The notes under the pieces are model-generated. The model searched no databases. It saw nothing but the letters and a program-made list of their open reading frames with translations, and was not told the origin of the DNA. From assembly GCA_965113315.1 (NCBI GenBank), contig OZ220376.1: a stretch of DNA of 64,000 bases; one strand, written 5' to 3'. The position numbers were made by a program, and so were the translations under genes. Shown piece by piece: positions 24,077 through 36,637 of this stretch (position 1 is its first letter; each line of letters begins with the position of its first letter). Source of the stretch: Podarcis vaucheri. Its lineage: Eukaryota.

Positions 24077-24704
24077 CTGGGATGGGAGCAAGTTACATTC
24101 ATTAAGGCAAAAACCCCACATAATATTTTAGCAGTATTTTAAAGCAATCTGCTTTGCTAAACACAGTGAAAAGTCAAGCCATATGCTAACAAACTCTGGA
24201 AGCCTGAGCATGAGGGCTGTTCCTTTGATGTTTTCCCCCCAAATACCAGCAACCACGTAAACAGACAATTTTAATGTGTCATGGAATACAAGGGTTTCCT
24301 ACATCAAGTGTAGGGTAGCCTATAATGAAGCTGCAGCAACATCCTGTGCTGCATCTACCAAACGTGCCGATTATCAGCATATTGATTTGCCACATTTCTT
24401 CACCCTGTGTAGATATGGGAGGGAATATAAGGGAACGGGGCAGGAGGTCTCTTCCACTGAAAAATCTCCCTACTTTTTTTTAAGCACAGTTAGGATGGTG
24501 CCTCAATTCCTTCCAATCCTACAAAGGGTTAGAAGGTGACTTACATCTCAGACCAGTTAAAGGAACAAGTTGAGAAAAAAGAACTGCCTTCAGCTCCTCT
24601 TTCCCCCCCCTCCTGGTGCCAACAGAAGGCCCTGCAGCTTGTTTCACATCTAGAGCCTGGCTGAGTTGCTCAGATAAATCTTAACTACAAGGTTTGAGCA
24701 GCAG

Positions 24705-25020
24705 CAGCAGCAACAACAACATGCTGCCCATCTAACTGGGTTGCCCCTGCCACTCTGGGCAGCTCCCAGAAAAACATTAAAAACACAATAAAACATCAAT
24801 ATAGGGCTGCCTTTCCTTGGCATCTGCTGGAAGGGCTTTCCACAGGGTGGGCATCAGTACCGAAAAGGCTCTCTGCCTGGTTCCCTGTACCCTCACTTCT
24901 TGCATTGAGTGCTTCAGGTATACAGGACCAAAGCATTTTAGAGCTTTCAAGGTCAACACCAACACTTTGAATTGTGCTTGGAAACATACTGGGAGCCAAT
25001 GTAGATCCTTTAGGACCAGT
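24705..25020 (-). mobile_element. L2-like LINE 3' end, degraded
   Basis: Reverse complement of the 50982-51330 family (ctctgcctggttccctgta; cttcaggtatacaggacc). Confidence 0.75.
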
Positions 25021-25334
25021 TTTATATGGAAAATATATAGAAAGGAAGGAGCCTTGGAGGAAGATCAGAAGGTTTTTCTTCTTGCAATTGTGCACCCCAA
25101 GGAGGGGATGGTTTGTGAGTCCTATCTTCATACACTGAATGCCTAAGTTCTGATGGCCAAAAAAATGCTCTATTGACCAGGCAAATAGTGGCTAAATATT
25201 GTTTTTAACTAGTAATTAAATGAAAACACAGAAATTGATTTAATTACAGAACCTGTCTTTTAGAGAACAATAGAGTCTGATTTCTTCTAGAAGCTTTTCA
25301 GAGTTTCATCTCTGATTATACTCCTTCCAGCATC

Positions 25335-25398
25335 TTTCCTGCTTGGCAGGGGGTTGGACTCGATGGCCCTTGTGGTCTCTTCCAACTCTATGATTCTA
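25335..25398 (+). mobile_element. Very short CR1 3' end
   Basis: Identical to the last about 64 nt of the 7373 and 9118 copies. Confidence 0.8.
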
Positions 25399-25972
25399 AA
25401 TACACTGTAGTCTGCAGTAGCCCTGACCCCTGGACACTTATGACCTGTTCCGAGTTGCCACCTTAGATCTCCCCAATTTCTGGCAACTTGGACAGGCGGC
25501 CTCTGAACATGTACAAAGTTTCAATAGCAAAGTACCCATGAATGTTTGCAGAAAGCCTTGCCTTTGTAAAGCAAATGTTTCCAACTGTCCACAGACTAGA
25601 ATTTCAAGTTCTGTGTTCACCTGCACAGTTAGCCAGACACTGCATAAGATGTAGCCTAAACTGAGATGGCCGGCCAACATTCTACTGAAGAGAGAAAAAT
25701 TAAGGCTCTGTGAGGGCTGCTATGATCTTCATACCAATTGAGAGGTGAGAACACAAGCATGCAGTTTGATTAGGAAGTTCCAACAAAATACTTTTTTTAA
25801 TGGTTTTATGAAAAATAGTAACACTAGAACTAACACCTGCAAATGCAAATAATGTAGTGAAATTACTTTCAGGTGAAAGTAATATAGTCAATATTAGTAA
25901 ACTATTAATAAAATAAATGAAACTTCGCTATTAGTTTTTTAAAAAAGCAACTATGTAGCTTTAAAGACTTAC

Positions 25973-26107
25973 TTGCTCCAATTTAAAGATGTGTCGGTTA
26001 AAATAGTGTTGTAAACGTTCATTTGCAAAATTAATGCAAAACTGTTCAAAACTGTTACTTTCATAATCTTCAAACCCAAAAATATCAAGTACTCCAATGG
26101 ACAAAGT
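25973..26107 (-). CDS. MYO9A: MYO9A exon 11 (135 nt), switch II DIFGFE and relay helix
   Basis: cag|[45 protein letters not shown]|gtaagt. Confidence 0.98.
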
Positions 26108-26448
26108 CTGCAACATAAAGTGAAGTTTTATAAAGATTACCCTTAATACATGAATTTGATAGGTTGCACAAGAACACACATATTAAAGCACTTGCAATCA
26201 TTTCGGAATTGGTTCAGATCTTAAATAAAAATACACTTTGTATACAAGTCTTAAGGCAATGCTTCTATTTGGTCACAAAAGTCCAAAGATTCGTCCTCAA
26301 GCTCAAACTACTGCTAAAATCCAGCCTTCTTCTGCTAAAATGGCTACATGCAATGTCTGAGCATGACAACACAAATAAAACCTATAGAATTGCAATATGA
26401 AGGATGGATAAAATCTAAGCAGACATTTAAACTGAGCCCAGGTGTTAC

Positions 26449-26565
26449 CTTGGTGCTCTCCTCAAAGTCCTTGGTATTCAAAAGTGCATGGTTAATTCTA
26501 AAAACTATCCAATCAAACAGAGCACTGTACAACGATTTAGCCATGGAATTCCGCACTGTAACAGC
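26449..26565 (-). CDS. MYO9A: MYO9A exon 10 (117 nt)
   Basis: tag|[39 protein letters not shown]|gtaaca. Confidence 0.97.
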
Positions 26566-26621
26566 CTAAAAACAAAAGAGAATGAGTACATTATTTCTAG
26601 TCAGTCACATTATTTTCAGAT

Positions 26622-26815
26622 AACATTTACACCTTTCTTTAAGGAGTTCAAGGGTTAGGCATACATTCTCCATTTCTCCAATTCAACCCTCACAATCACC
26701 CGATAAGGTAGGTTAGACTGAGCGTGTGTGGCTATCCCAATGCCATCCAGTGAAGTGATTTGAATCCAGGTCTCCCCTGTCTTGATTGACACTAACCACT
26801 GCACTATACTGGCTC
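26622..26815 (-). mobile_element. MIR/L2-tail type SINE, degenerate
   Basis: cctcacaatcaccc...aggtaggttagactgag...gatttgaatccaggtctccc. Confidence 0.55.
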
Positions 26816-27161
26816 TATACCATTACTTACTTGCAAGCAGGATTTCCATCCAGGATGAGACTGGGTGAAGACCTTTGTCTCACATACACCCCAAACCTCT
26901 CTTCACTACTAGCAAAACTACATTCTCTATTTTCCACCCATTAGCCCAAAGACTATTCCTGATTTTTCTTGGTGAGAATAATCCTGGGGAAGCAGTAATG
27001 TCTGTACACATACCCCAGTTTTATCCCATGAACACTCCAAAGGATGGATTAACATCTTTACTTCTAGTACAATAATTACATTCTCTAGGGTTAAAGCAAA
27101 GATTACATTGACACCTGCTGAGTTTACTAAAATATATTGGGAGGCAATAAATCCTTTAGTG

Positions 27162-27623
27162 CAGGGGTGTCAAACTCAAATTCATCGGGGGCCGCATCAG
27201 CAGTTTGGTCACCCTCAAAGGGCCGGTTGTATCTGTAGGATTATGTGTCCACTCTTTATTATCATAAATTATTGTCACTGCATTCAATTATTACTGTTTT
27301 TTGTAATAACTAGCTCTGAAAGCAGAAACATAGTCAGAATAATGGCAAGTAGATATTCAAATGTGCTCAATATAAAAACAAGTGGAGGTTTCCTGAATGC
27401 ATGTAAAGTGGAGGTTTCCTGTGTAGAACGGCCGGCGCTGCTAGAGGGCAGACGTTCTCTGGCTTGTAGGCTGCCGCGCATGCGCTGAAGAGGCGGCTTT
27501 CTTGTGTTAAAAAAAAAGCGAGAATAAAAGGTGAAGGCTGGCGGCCGGCGGCGGCTACACGGGCCACATGACGAGGTCTGGCGGGCCGGATTCGGCCCGC
27601 GGGCCTTGTGTTTGACACCCATG
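27162..27623. mobile_element. Non-autonomous hAT (Charlie-type) element
   Basis: Perfect 8-bp TSD ctttagtg at 27154-27161 and 27624-27631; TIR CAGGGGTGTCAAAC / GTTTGACACCCATG. Confidence 0.92.
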
Positions 27624-30600
27624 CTTTAGTGTGTTTATTGTTCTGCCATGTAGTTTGATTCAAAACCTTCTGCACAATTTTAAAGGAAAAGGGACAAAAT
27701 ACTGCCATACAGTGCAAGACTGCTTCCACAAACCTTCTGCTCCCAAAAGCAAAACATTTTCTGAAAGGAAAATGAGCCAAGGTTTCATATTAGGAGATCT
27801 AATGGATTACTGTGGCCTGCTGAAGTTCTCTTTGTTCACATATTTTGTGATTCTCGGGGAGGGGCATCACTTTGCATTTCATTCTTAGTCCATGTGGATC
27901 ACTTTATTTATCCATTGACAAGTATGGGAATTGCATGGAATAGCTGTAAACTAGAGTGCTAATTAAACAAAAAACACCAAGTCCTCCTATTGATAGTATT
28001 TATGTCAAAACCCACAAAAGAACACTACTTCAACTGCCAGTAATGATCTATTTTAAAAACAGAGCTTTCCTCCCCCAGTAAAACAAACTGTGCATAAGGA
28101 AGGCAGATTATATCAGCAAAGCTTAACCTTGATTAAAAGGAAGGAAAATAAAAGACGCACCATTTGCCACTTTTTTCCTTACTTCTTCCCCACCCACCGC
28201 TTCTTTGAATGGAAATAAGTCTCTTCCAGTTCAACAGAGACTGTGCAATTGCTGAAAGTGTCCAAGTTCTGACAAGTACCAGACACTCAAAAAAGTTCCA
28301 AGTTCCCCAACAGCAACAAACAAGCTAAAGCATATGATAGGTTGCTCAGTTTATGGTCTCATGGGCAAAAGCCCTCTCCCAAAGTACATGTGCACCATGC
28401 GAAAATCCCAATTATGTGATTCTGTGGCACCATCAGGATGTGGCCAAATGAATAAACTACATTGTGGTTGGTAAACTGGCCTCTGGGAACAGCAGCAAAC
28501 CACAGCAGGATCTATCTACAGTGAAACATGACCACTATAAAATTTCAGTCAGCCTTGCAACAATATGACTTTACTGCCATCCTTTGTGACAGATCCACCT
28601 CCCTTCTCCTTTGCCTCTGCCTTGCCTCCTCCATTTGGCACCAGTCCCCAAGATAAGACACATAAAAACAAGGGAGGGTCAAATCTGTCAGGGGTAATTT
28701 AGAAACGTTCTTAACAATTGCCTGAATTTCTCCAGGGATGTTTGTCTCACATTCAGAACCCCTGGATGCAGAATAACCTGTTCTCTATCAGACGTCACAT
28801 CTAAAGTCACATGATTAAGTTAACAGAGAACAAGATAGAAATGGGGATATTTTAAAAGAAGTTTGGAGAATAGTTCCGCCATACTTCTGCTCTGCCAGTT
28901 ATTAGAGCAAGATGCTTTCTTTCATTACTATAAGCTAAAGCAGAGAAAGTTTTAAAAAAGACCTTCCATGCATTCCATAAAAAGTATTTTTAAAGAAAAG
29001 TAATAGGAACCGAATCAGCTTTAATCCCAACTGTGTGATTTAACTAGAGATGAGCCCTTAACATACACCATAATTGTTTTTTTTTCAAACAAGAAATAGA
29101 TGCTTGCCATATTCGCTCCCTCCTCTCAATTTCTCTTCTTCCGTGTCCTTTACTGATGTCATATCTTACATATGCTACTAATATTTTGGCCAAAGCCAAA
29201 TACATGCATATCATCAACTGCACACTGAGATGATATATTCAAGACCATTTTCCAGCCACAAATATTTCTTAATAGAGTCTTGTTTTTGAATATAGCTTCT
29301 TGCAAAACCACTTGCTTATGCATACAGGAGGGACACCCTCAGTCTGAGAGGACAGAGTATGTACTTCACATTCTGCTGATTCAGTTCTCCCCCTCAAATC
29401 CCAATTCAAAGAGCAGCATTGTTATCAAAATGCCTTTTACAACAATAGCATCCTCAGAACAGAGGTCCACCATTTTTGGCAACGGTCCAGCTAATCTTCT
29501 ATACATATTCTCACATTATCCACTAGCGAAAAAGCCCATATCTGTACTAAGAGTCTTATTTGTTTGTCATCTTGGAATTTACAAAAATGAGTGCTACGGG
29601 AGATCATGGAGGAAACATGAAACTAGGACAATCCTTTGTAATCTTTTGTAACTTCCAAAGCAATCTTTTGTGTGAAGTCACAATTGTAGTTCAACATAGG
29701 TATTCCTTATTGCTTTGGAAAGACAGTGTAAAATGCCACCTCTCCCTGGAGGCTTGTCTGGGAATACAGTATCTTAAAAATGATGCTAGCTGGGATAGCA
29801 TTCTGCTGACAGATGAAGATTTGGATTCATGGCTCACTTAGACAGCTGCAGTCCTTGCACAAAATGCAAAGCCATTTGAAAATACAGATATTGTCATGTT
29901 CCCAATTTGCAACAAAACACTTATCATCACTGCCAACACTGAGTAACAACAAGCAGCAGGCACTAATGCAACAAGGGGACTCAGACCATATCCTTTGATG
30001 TTTGCTTCCAGTTCACCTGTGACTGAAGCTTTTCCAGCTTACTAACAATTCAGTTTATTAATGTTTCAATAAGTAGCTTGACACACCTGAACCAACCAGT
30101 TTAGCTGCAGGTCGCATAGGGGTGTTTAAATGTCAGTCACATTATTCCAAATTACACCTGATAAGGTGCTCAATATTGCCATATTACATAGTAATATACA
30201 GCTGAACACGATGACATGTATAGGAAACTGGAACTGTCCAAATAGCATCTGGTCCTATTTGAAATTTACGTAGAGATTTGAGGAGTTGTCAGAATTCCTC
30301 AGATTACTGGAATTCTAAACAATGTAGGTTCATATGTTTTCCTTCAGTGGTCAGGATTACTAAGACACATTCAAGGGTTACACTTCAGAACAGAAAACAG
30401 TCATAATTTTAAAGACACTCTACATAAAGAACTCTACATTTCAAAGTTGCTTTTTTGTCTACTTTTTACATGCCTAAAATGACTATATAATTATTCTCAG
30501 TTTAGTAGCTGAGGATAAAGAACTGAAATAGAAAGTTAGTAATGCACACTTCCCAGACTAGAGAGATAACTGGAACATTTTGCTAAAGGAGACACATTGT

Positions 30601-30920
30601 GATAAAAGATGAAATAAGTTTAGAAAAATATAGCAGGAGGAGTCAAACAGCTAAACAGTAGTGACGGTAAATAAAATACACACAGTTGCCAACAGTGAAA
30701 TCTGTAAATATATTCCATGTTTGTTTTCATGCCCAGTATGATTTGAATTTAGAATTCATTCTTGATTCAGTTGTAAGATGGTCTTATCTTTGCTTACACA
30801 TTTGTAAGCCTTGCCACCTATGCCCCACCCCCACATTTTCCAGGAACCTAAACTGTGCAGATGTATTTTCCTAGGCTATCTCATGTAATTTCCCAAATTT
30901 AAGACATCTGCTACACATAC

Positions 30921-31010
30921 CTCTGCCAGTTTGTACGGTAATACAAGCTTCTCCCCGACAGTCACTGTCTTCCTTGTAACTAATGCTTCAAATAACATTT
31001 CTTCTTTTAC
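30921..31010 (-). CDS. MYO9A: MYO9A exon 9 (90 nt)
   Basis: tag|VKEEMLFEALVTRKTVTVGEKLVLPYKLAE|gtatgt. Confidence 0.97.
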
Positions 31011-31716
31011 CTAAGGAGGGGAAAAATCACTATTAATCATAATTTTACAAACATATAAAGGTTAACACTTGGAGAAGAACTAGACTGTGTGCCTCAAGTA
31101 CCAGTGTTAGTCAAATTATAAGCCTGACATTAAAACACAAAATAAACTCTATATTACATCCTGTTTCCTAATTTCTATATTATTCTCTTTTGCACTAGTA
31201 TCTGAATGCTTACTTTCAATTGCTAAAGCTATACAAAACCCCATAGCTCTCTAGTGTGATCAAATATTTCCATTACCCCTAGGCCCATGAAAGGTTCCTA
31301 CTTCATAGCAAAGGGCAGTCCATGCTACTCATGAAACAGGACCTGCATTTGGCCAGGGACTACAGATTCAGGCAGTCTGAAATCTTTCTTTTGAACATAG
31401 GATTTTCCTTAAGGTAGTTATAAAAGACTTCCTTTTCTTGTTAAGAAGTTTTATATACACTTATTCTCCTAGTATTTATTAATCATTTATACAGTATTTA
31501 ATATACAAAGTACTTTACAGTTCTATTCATTTTCACAATAACCTATGAGGTAGATCACTATTGTTTTGAGAATAGGTAAACATTGATTTTAACTGATGTC
31601 TCATCTAAAACTCATCTGAGTGAGCCCACTCTGACCCCCAAATAATTGATTCGCCTAAAAATGACAGTTTTGCAATAGGTTCAAAGCAGACAGGAGAAAG
31701 TACATATTTGCACAAT

Positions 31717-31777
31717 CAGTGCTTTTTTTCTAAAAAAAAATGTTTAGGGGTATGTGTCCCCCCAGAAAAAAACACTG
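31717..31777. mobile_element. 61-bp minimal hAT MITE
   Basis: Perfect 8-bp TSD tgcacaat; TIR CAGTGCTTTTTTTCT / AGAAAAAAACACTG. Confidence 0.85.
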
Positions 31778-32310
31778 TGCACAATACATAACTATAGACC
31801 TCATTGCAAGTTGTGGTGACAGCCACCAACTCACATGTTGTTGTTGTTGTTGTTGTTAAAGTATAGATAAAGACTATAGAAAACAGCTACTATAATGAAT
31901 GACTATAGATAGATCTCAATGGAACCGTTATATGGAACCGTTATATGGAGAGCCTCTGCTTAAAAGAAGTTGTCAATGAACAACAAGGAATGGCCATCAA
32001 CTTCATGTCTTGCTTGCAAGCTGGCTGGCCATTGTTGGAAACTATATCTGACCAGGCCAGCCACTCCCAACCTAGCCCCCTTCATATGTTGTTGGACTAC
32101 AGGTGCCATCATCCCAGAACACAGCCCATTTAGATGTTGGGATTTGGAGTCCAACTTATGTGTAGGGCACCTAGTTAGGAAGGGCTGGATTTAGATTACC
32201 TTTAGTTCAATGAAAGTTTTGGTGAGAAACAACATCATAAACTAGTGTGAAGTGTCAGTTTAAAGGACATGAGGTCCAATATTCTTGATGCATAAGTTGC
32301 CTGCTTCTGC

Positions 32311-32312
<2 letters not shown>

Positions 32313-32348
<36 letters not shown>

Positions 32349-32350
32349 AC
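32313..32350. repeat. (AC)n microsatellite
   Basis: About 19 AC units with one interruption. Confidence 0.95.
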
Positions 32351-32467
32351 AAATAAAACTCTTTCATACAAGGCTATTCTGCTTCTAGTGTGCTCTGCAC
32401 GCTACAAGTATCTGGAACTTCTGCAGATCAGGGAACACAGTCCACTACCTTCCTGTAAAATGAAATA

Positions 32468-32693
32468 CAGTGGTACCTCAGGTTACATACGCTTCAGGTT
32501 ACAGACTCCGCTAACTCAGAAATAGTGCTTCAGGCTAAGAACTTTGCTTCAGGGTGAGAACAGAGATCGTGCTCTGACGGCGCAGTGGCAGCAGGAGGCC
32601 CCATTAGCTAAAGTGGTGCTTCAGGTTAAGAACAGTTTCAGGTTAAGAACAGACCTCCGGAACAAATTAAGCACTTAACCTGAGGTACCACTA
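32468..32693. mobile_element. Tc1/mariner MITE (family B)
   Basis: TA|CAGTGGTACCTCAGGTTA ... TAACCTGAGGTACCACTA|TA; internal match to the 7866 and 36436 copies. Confidence 0.9.
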
Positions 32694-33517
32694 TAATAAG
32701 CTCCATGACTTTAGAAGTGCCTTGTCTCAATCGAGTCCAGAGAAGGAAACAAAGGAGATATGCTTTCAATACAGAGGGTTCAGTGTTCCACAGGGAGCTC
32801 ATGGTTTTCCATACAGTGACTCCTATGTAAAACTCTGCCTAATGATTACATCCAGACCTCCTGATGTGAAGCAAAAAAGCGAGCCAATCTGAGGCAGATG
32901 GAGAAAATGACAGTGCCATAAGCAAGGCAAAATGACAGCTCTAAGCACAGAAGGATCCCTAACACTATAAAAGCTATTGACACACAAAAGGAATGCATAC
33001 TAAAGGTCTGAAGCAGAAATGGTTACGTGGGGTTGTATTACTTGGAGAGGTTAAACTCCCGTGTGTGTGTTATGATTCACTGAAAGCATTTCATTCCACT
33101 TGGACACAAGTTCACATTCCTCTAACACAGTATCTGTAAAAGACACCATTTATAAACCTTTCCTTCATAACACTTTCAGGCTAGTAAAATAAAATGAAAA
33201 ATACAGTCTCAGAATAGTTGGCCTTCCACTCATGATCCCAAGTCAGTTCCAACTTCAAAACAAAAACTGGCTCCAGCTCGAAGATATCTTGAACCTTTGA
33301 CCTTGGATTTCCTTGCAAAAAGGCCAATATGAACACACAGTACTTTAAATGATTGCACATTTCACAGCAAGAATGGTTCTAGCCTGCACAATGAGATTCA
33401 GAGTGTACTATATGGATATTGCCCTTTGGGGAAAATATTCTTGATAAATAATCCTATACAGTGCTATCAGTTACATCTATCTTTGTAACCAAAGCCAGTT
33501 CATGCATAGCTCATAAA

Positions 33518-33720
33518 TGGAGAGGGATCATAGATTGGCGGTAGAACACTTGCTGTGCAAACAGAAGACCCAGGTTCAATCATTGGCATCTCCAGTTCAA
33601 AGGATCGGGTAGCAGATGAGGAAAAGACCTCTGTCTGACACTATGTAAAACTTCTGCCAACGAGGTGGCAATACCAGGCTAAATGGACAGATAAACTGAA
33701 CAAGGCACTACCTTACATTC
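33518..33720 (+). mobile_element. tRNA-derived SINE (Squam-like), degenerate
   Basis: A-box-like tagattggcggtagaacac and B-box-like ccaggttcaatc, followed by ggcatctccag. Confidence 0.6.
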
Positions 33721-35303
33721 TTATTTTCACTTGTCTAGAATTTTGTTCCAACCAAACCTGTAAAATGCACAAGCACGTTGTGATAACAAAGGGAACAGAG
33801 GGTGAGAACACTATATCGTCCCCCAAGCCTTTCCAGCACTGTACCACACCCTAGGGAGAGGTACACTGAACACAGGTGCAGTGGCCCCCCTCTTTTAATC
33901 TCCACACAGAACTGAACTAATGCCAAAGCTTTCTGCAACTCATAAGCGCTAAGACAACTTTCCAACACGCCTGAAAAGTAAACACTCTGAGCACTCAAAT
34001 TGTGAGATTTCTTCACAACATAGTTCTCCCCATCAGATGTGTGAAATATTTTACTAGTAAATAACATTCCAGTTGCTTATATATTCTGTTTTAGAGAACA
34101 GATGAAACATGGAAACCAAGACTCAATGTGATGACATGTGGATGAAATCTCAGGTCTGTATAAGAGGCGCATGATTGCCAACATTTGCTATTGCAAGGAA
34201 TAAATTAAACCAGTCTGGCAGCATTCAGTTCCTTTGCTGAACAAGACTCGGTTATTTTTAAACAACAATTTGACAGATGTACCCATTGCAATCTCGGCTT
34301 TCCAAATTAAAGCACTTTAAACCTTTGCCAGCCCAAATAACGGCTCTCAACACTTATCTGAAGTATTCATATGTTGTGTTTTCTCACAGTATATGAAAGG
34401 CTTGCAATTCTTAAAGTGGCCATGTAGAAAGAAGCAATGTGTCACCCTTCTCCACACCCTGCCAATTTAGGAAAGAACCACAAACTGATTTGTCCACAGT
34501 TATTTGAGAAATGCCACACACAGTGAAGTATGAATGAAACTCAAGTACATGGCTGTATTCAACATTAAATATTAGCGGTGGAGTAGATATGCAGCAGAAT
34601 GAGCTGAAAGAACAAATTTTACTTCTTTTTTGTTTACTTACTTACCTCAACCAAAGAAACGTGTATGGAGAGCTCTTCCCCTGCCGTCTGCCTCATTGTG
34701 GTCAAGAATGTTAACCCCCCCCTTCACCCTCACCCTCTGCTAGATGGGAATAATGTGCACAACGGCCACAATGGTGTACAGAGGGCTGTGACCAAACCAC
34801 TCTCCATAGCAGCTCATCTCCCAGTTTGTTTGATGCAGTGCCTGGAGGCATGGCTTCTGAGAGAGAAAACAGCAGGACAATATTCCTGCCCACCCTCCAT
34901 AGCCATTTCTAGGCAATATAGTAACTTGGGTTTTAAAATAACTGCTTCTTCTCCTTGGAGGCAAGGTGGAAATCTACCAGCAGTGAAATTTATGACTAGC
35001 TAAGCAGAGAAGATGGACTAAAGCCTTTCAGTCACTGGAAACATATTGATATTATTGTGGGTGACTGAAGAAAGATTGGACCATGCCTTGGGGTGGGGTA
35101 GGGTTCAAAACCTTGGCAGAGCTATAGCCCACTTTGTCCGTAAGAAGGCTGCCCAGATGTGTTGAAGAGGGAAGACTCCTTTCTCCCTGGTTTTCTACTG
35201 CAAGCATAAATTGGATATAAAGGGACACCACGAGGGCAGACAAAGCTCATGGGTGTCCTGTAAAACAGGCTTAGGTAAAGGTTTCATGTTGTATCCAATG
35301 GTA

Positions 35304-35659
35304 TAGGTAAAGGTAAAGGGACCCCTGACCATTAGGTCCAGCCGTGACCGACTCTGGAGTTGCAGCGCTTATCTCGCTTTATTGGTCAAGGGAGCCGGCG
35401 TACAGCTTCCGGGTCATGTGACCAGCATGCCTAAGCCACTTCTGGTGAACCAGAGCAGCGCACGGAAACGCCGTTTACCTTCCTGCCGGAGCAGTACCTA
35501 TTTATTTACTTGCACTTGACGTGCTTTCAAACTGCTAGGTTGGCAGGAGCAGGGACCGAGCAATGGGAGCTCACCCTGTCATGGGGATTCGAACCGCCGA
35601 CCTTCTGATCGGCAAGTCCTAGGCTCTGTGGTTTAACCCACAGCGCCACCCACGTCCCA
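35304..35659 (-). mobile_element. Full-length Sauria SINE
   Basis: Head GGGACGTGGGTGGCGCTGTGGGTTAAACC, B box GGTTCGAATCC, (ACCTTT)n tail; 13-bp TSD gtatccaatggta at 35291-35303 and 35660-35672. Confidence 0.93.
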
Positions 35660-35694
35660 GTATCCAATGGTAGTCATACTTAAAATAGGTCAAT

Positions 35695-36232
35695 TGTCAG
35701 GGGCTGGCTGGACAACAAGGAGGTGCCAGTCAGGGAACCCCCAAGGCAAATCCCAGAGGAGGAAGGTCCAGAGCCCAGGGATTGGTGGTGGGAAACCGAT
35801 GAGAGATCAGAGGGAGAAGCTTGGGGGGAGGTGCTGGATACTGAAGGGAGTTTAGTGAGGAGGAGGAACCTGTAACAGGGAGAAGTTTAGACTTTGAGAC
35901 AGAAGCAGAGGAGGGGGGTCAAGAGGCTGCTCCTGAGAGTCTTCCCTCTCCTGCTGTGACAAGCTCCCCATGGTCTCCAAGAACACACAGGATAATGAGG
36001 AGAGTGGAGCAGAGGTCAGAGATGGGCAGACAGAGTTTGAGACTGCTTGGGAAACATTCGGGAGAGGAAGAGCCTTAGGAGTGGAAGGCAGGGAGTTCAG
36101 TCGCGGCAACTGCTCCGCAGGGGCAAGACCTACTGGGAAGTGTTGCTGAGTTGTATGCCGTTTCCTTGAATAAAGCACTGACAACTGCCTCTGCTTCTTC
36201 GTGCTGACCTACATCGGACTTCAGCCCTGACA
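35695..36232 (+). mobile_element. Solo LTR (Gypsy/ERV-type)
   Basis: TGTCAGGGGCTG ... CAGCCCTGACA termini; flanks tcaat / tcaac; AATAAA at 36169-36174. Confidence 0.75.
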
Positions 36233-36435
36233 TCAACTGAAATTAATATACACAGCTAACTTAGGGGCATTAATTTCAGTGTAGAACTTAGTTACATACA
36301 GCTCTCCTGGTCTCTGTAAGGGAAAATACCACTGAGGGGGAATGTCTGACTTCCAGAGATTAAGCATTTCAGAATTATACATGTGATGCATTGTAGCTAT
36401 TTTGGAGCCAAGAACTAGCCAGATGCATAATAATA

Positions 36436-36637
36436 CAGTGGTACCCCGGGTTACAGACTCCACTCACCCAGAAATAGTACCTTGGGTTAAGAATTTTACC
36501 TCAGGATGAGAACAGAAATCTTGCGCCGCCAGCTGTGGGAGGCCCCATTAGCTAAAGTGTTACCTCAGGTTAAGAACGGTTTCAGGTTAAAAACGGACCT
36601 CCGGAACGAATTAAGTACGTAACCAGAGGTACCACTG
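36436..36637. mobile_element. Tc1/mariner MITE (family B)
   Basis: TA|CAGTGGTACCCCGGGTTAC ... GTAACCAGAGGTACCACTG|TA. Confidence 0.9.

Noticed and set aside
33518-33600. tRNA-like A and B boxes (also near 20340, 35600 and 62915)
   Set aside because: These are SINE heads; no cloverleaf, and they continue into SINE body sequence
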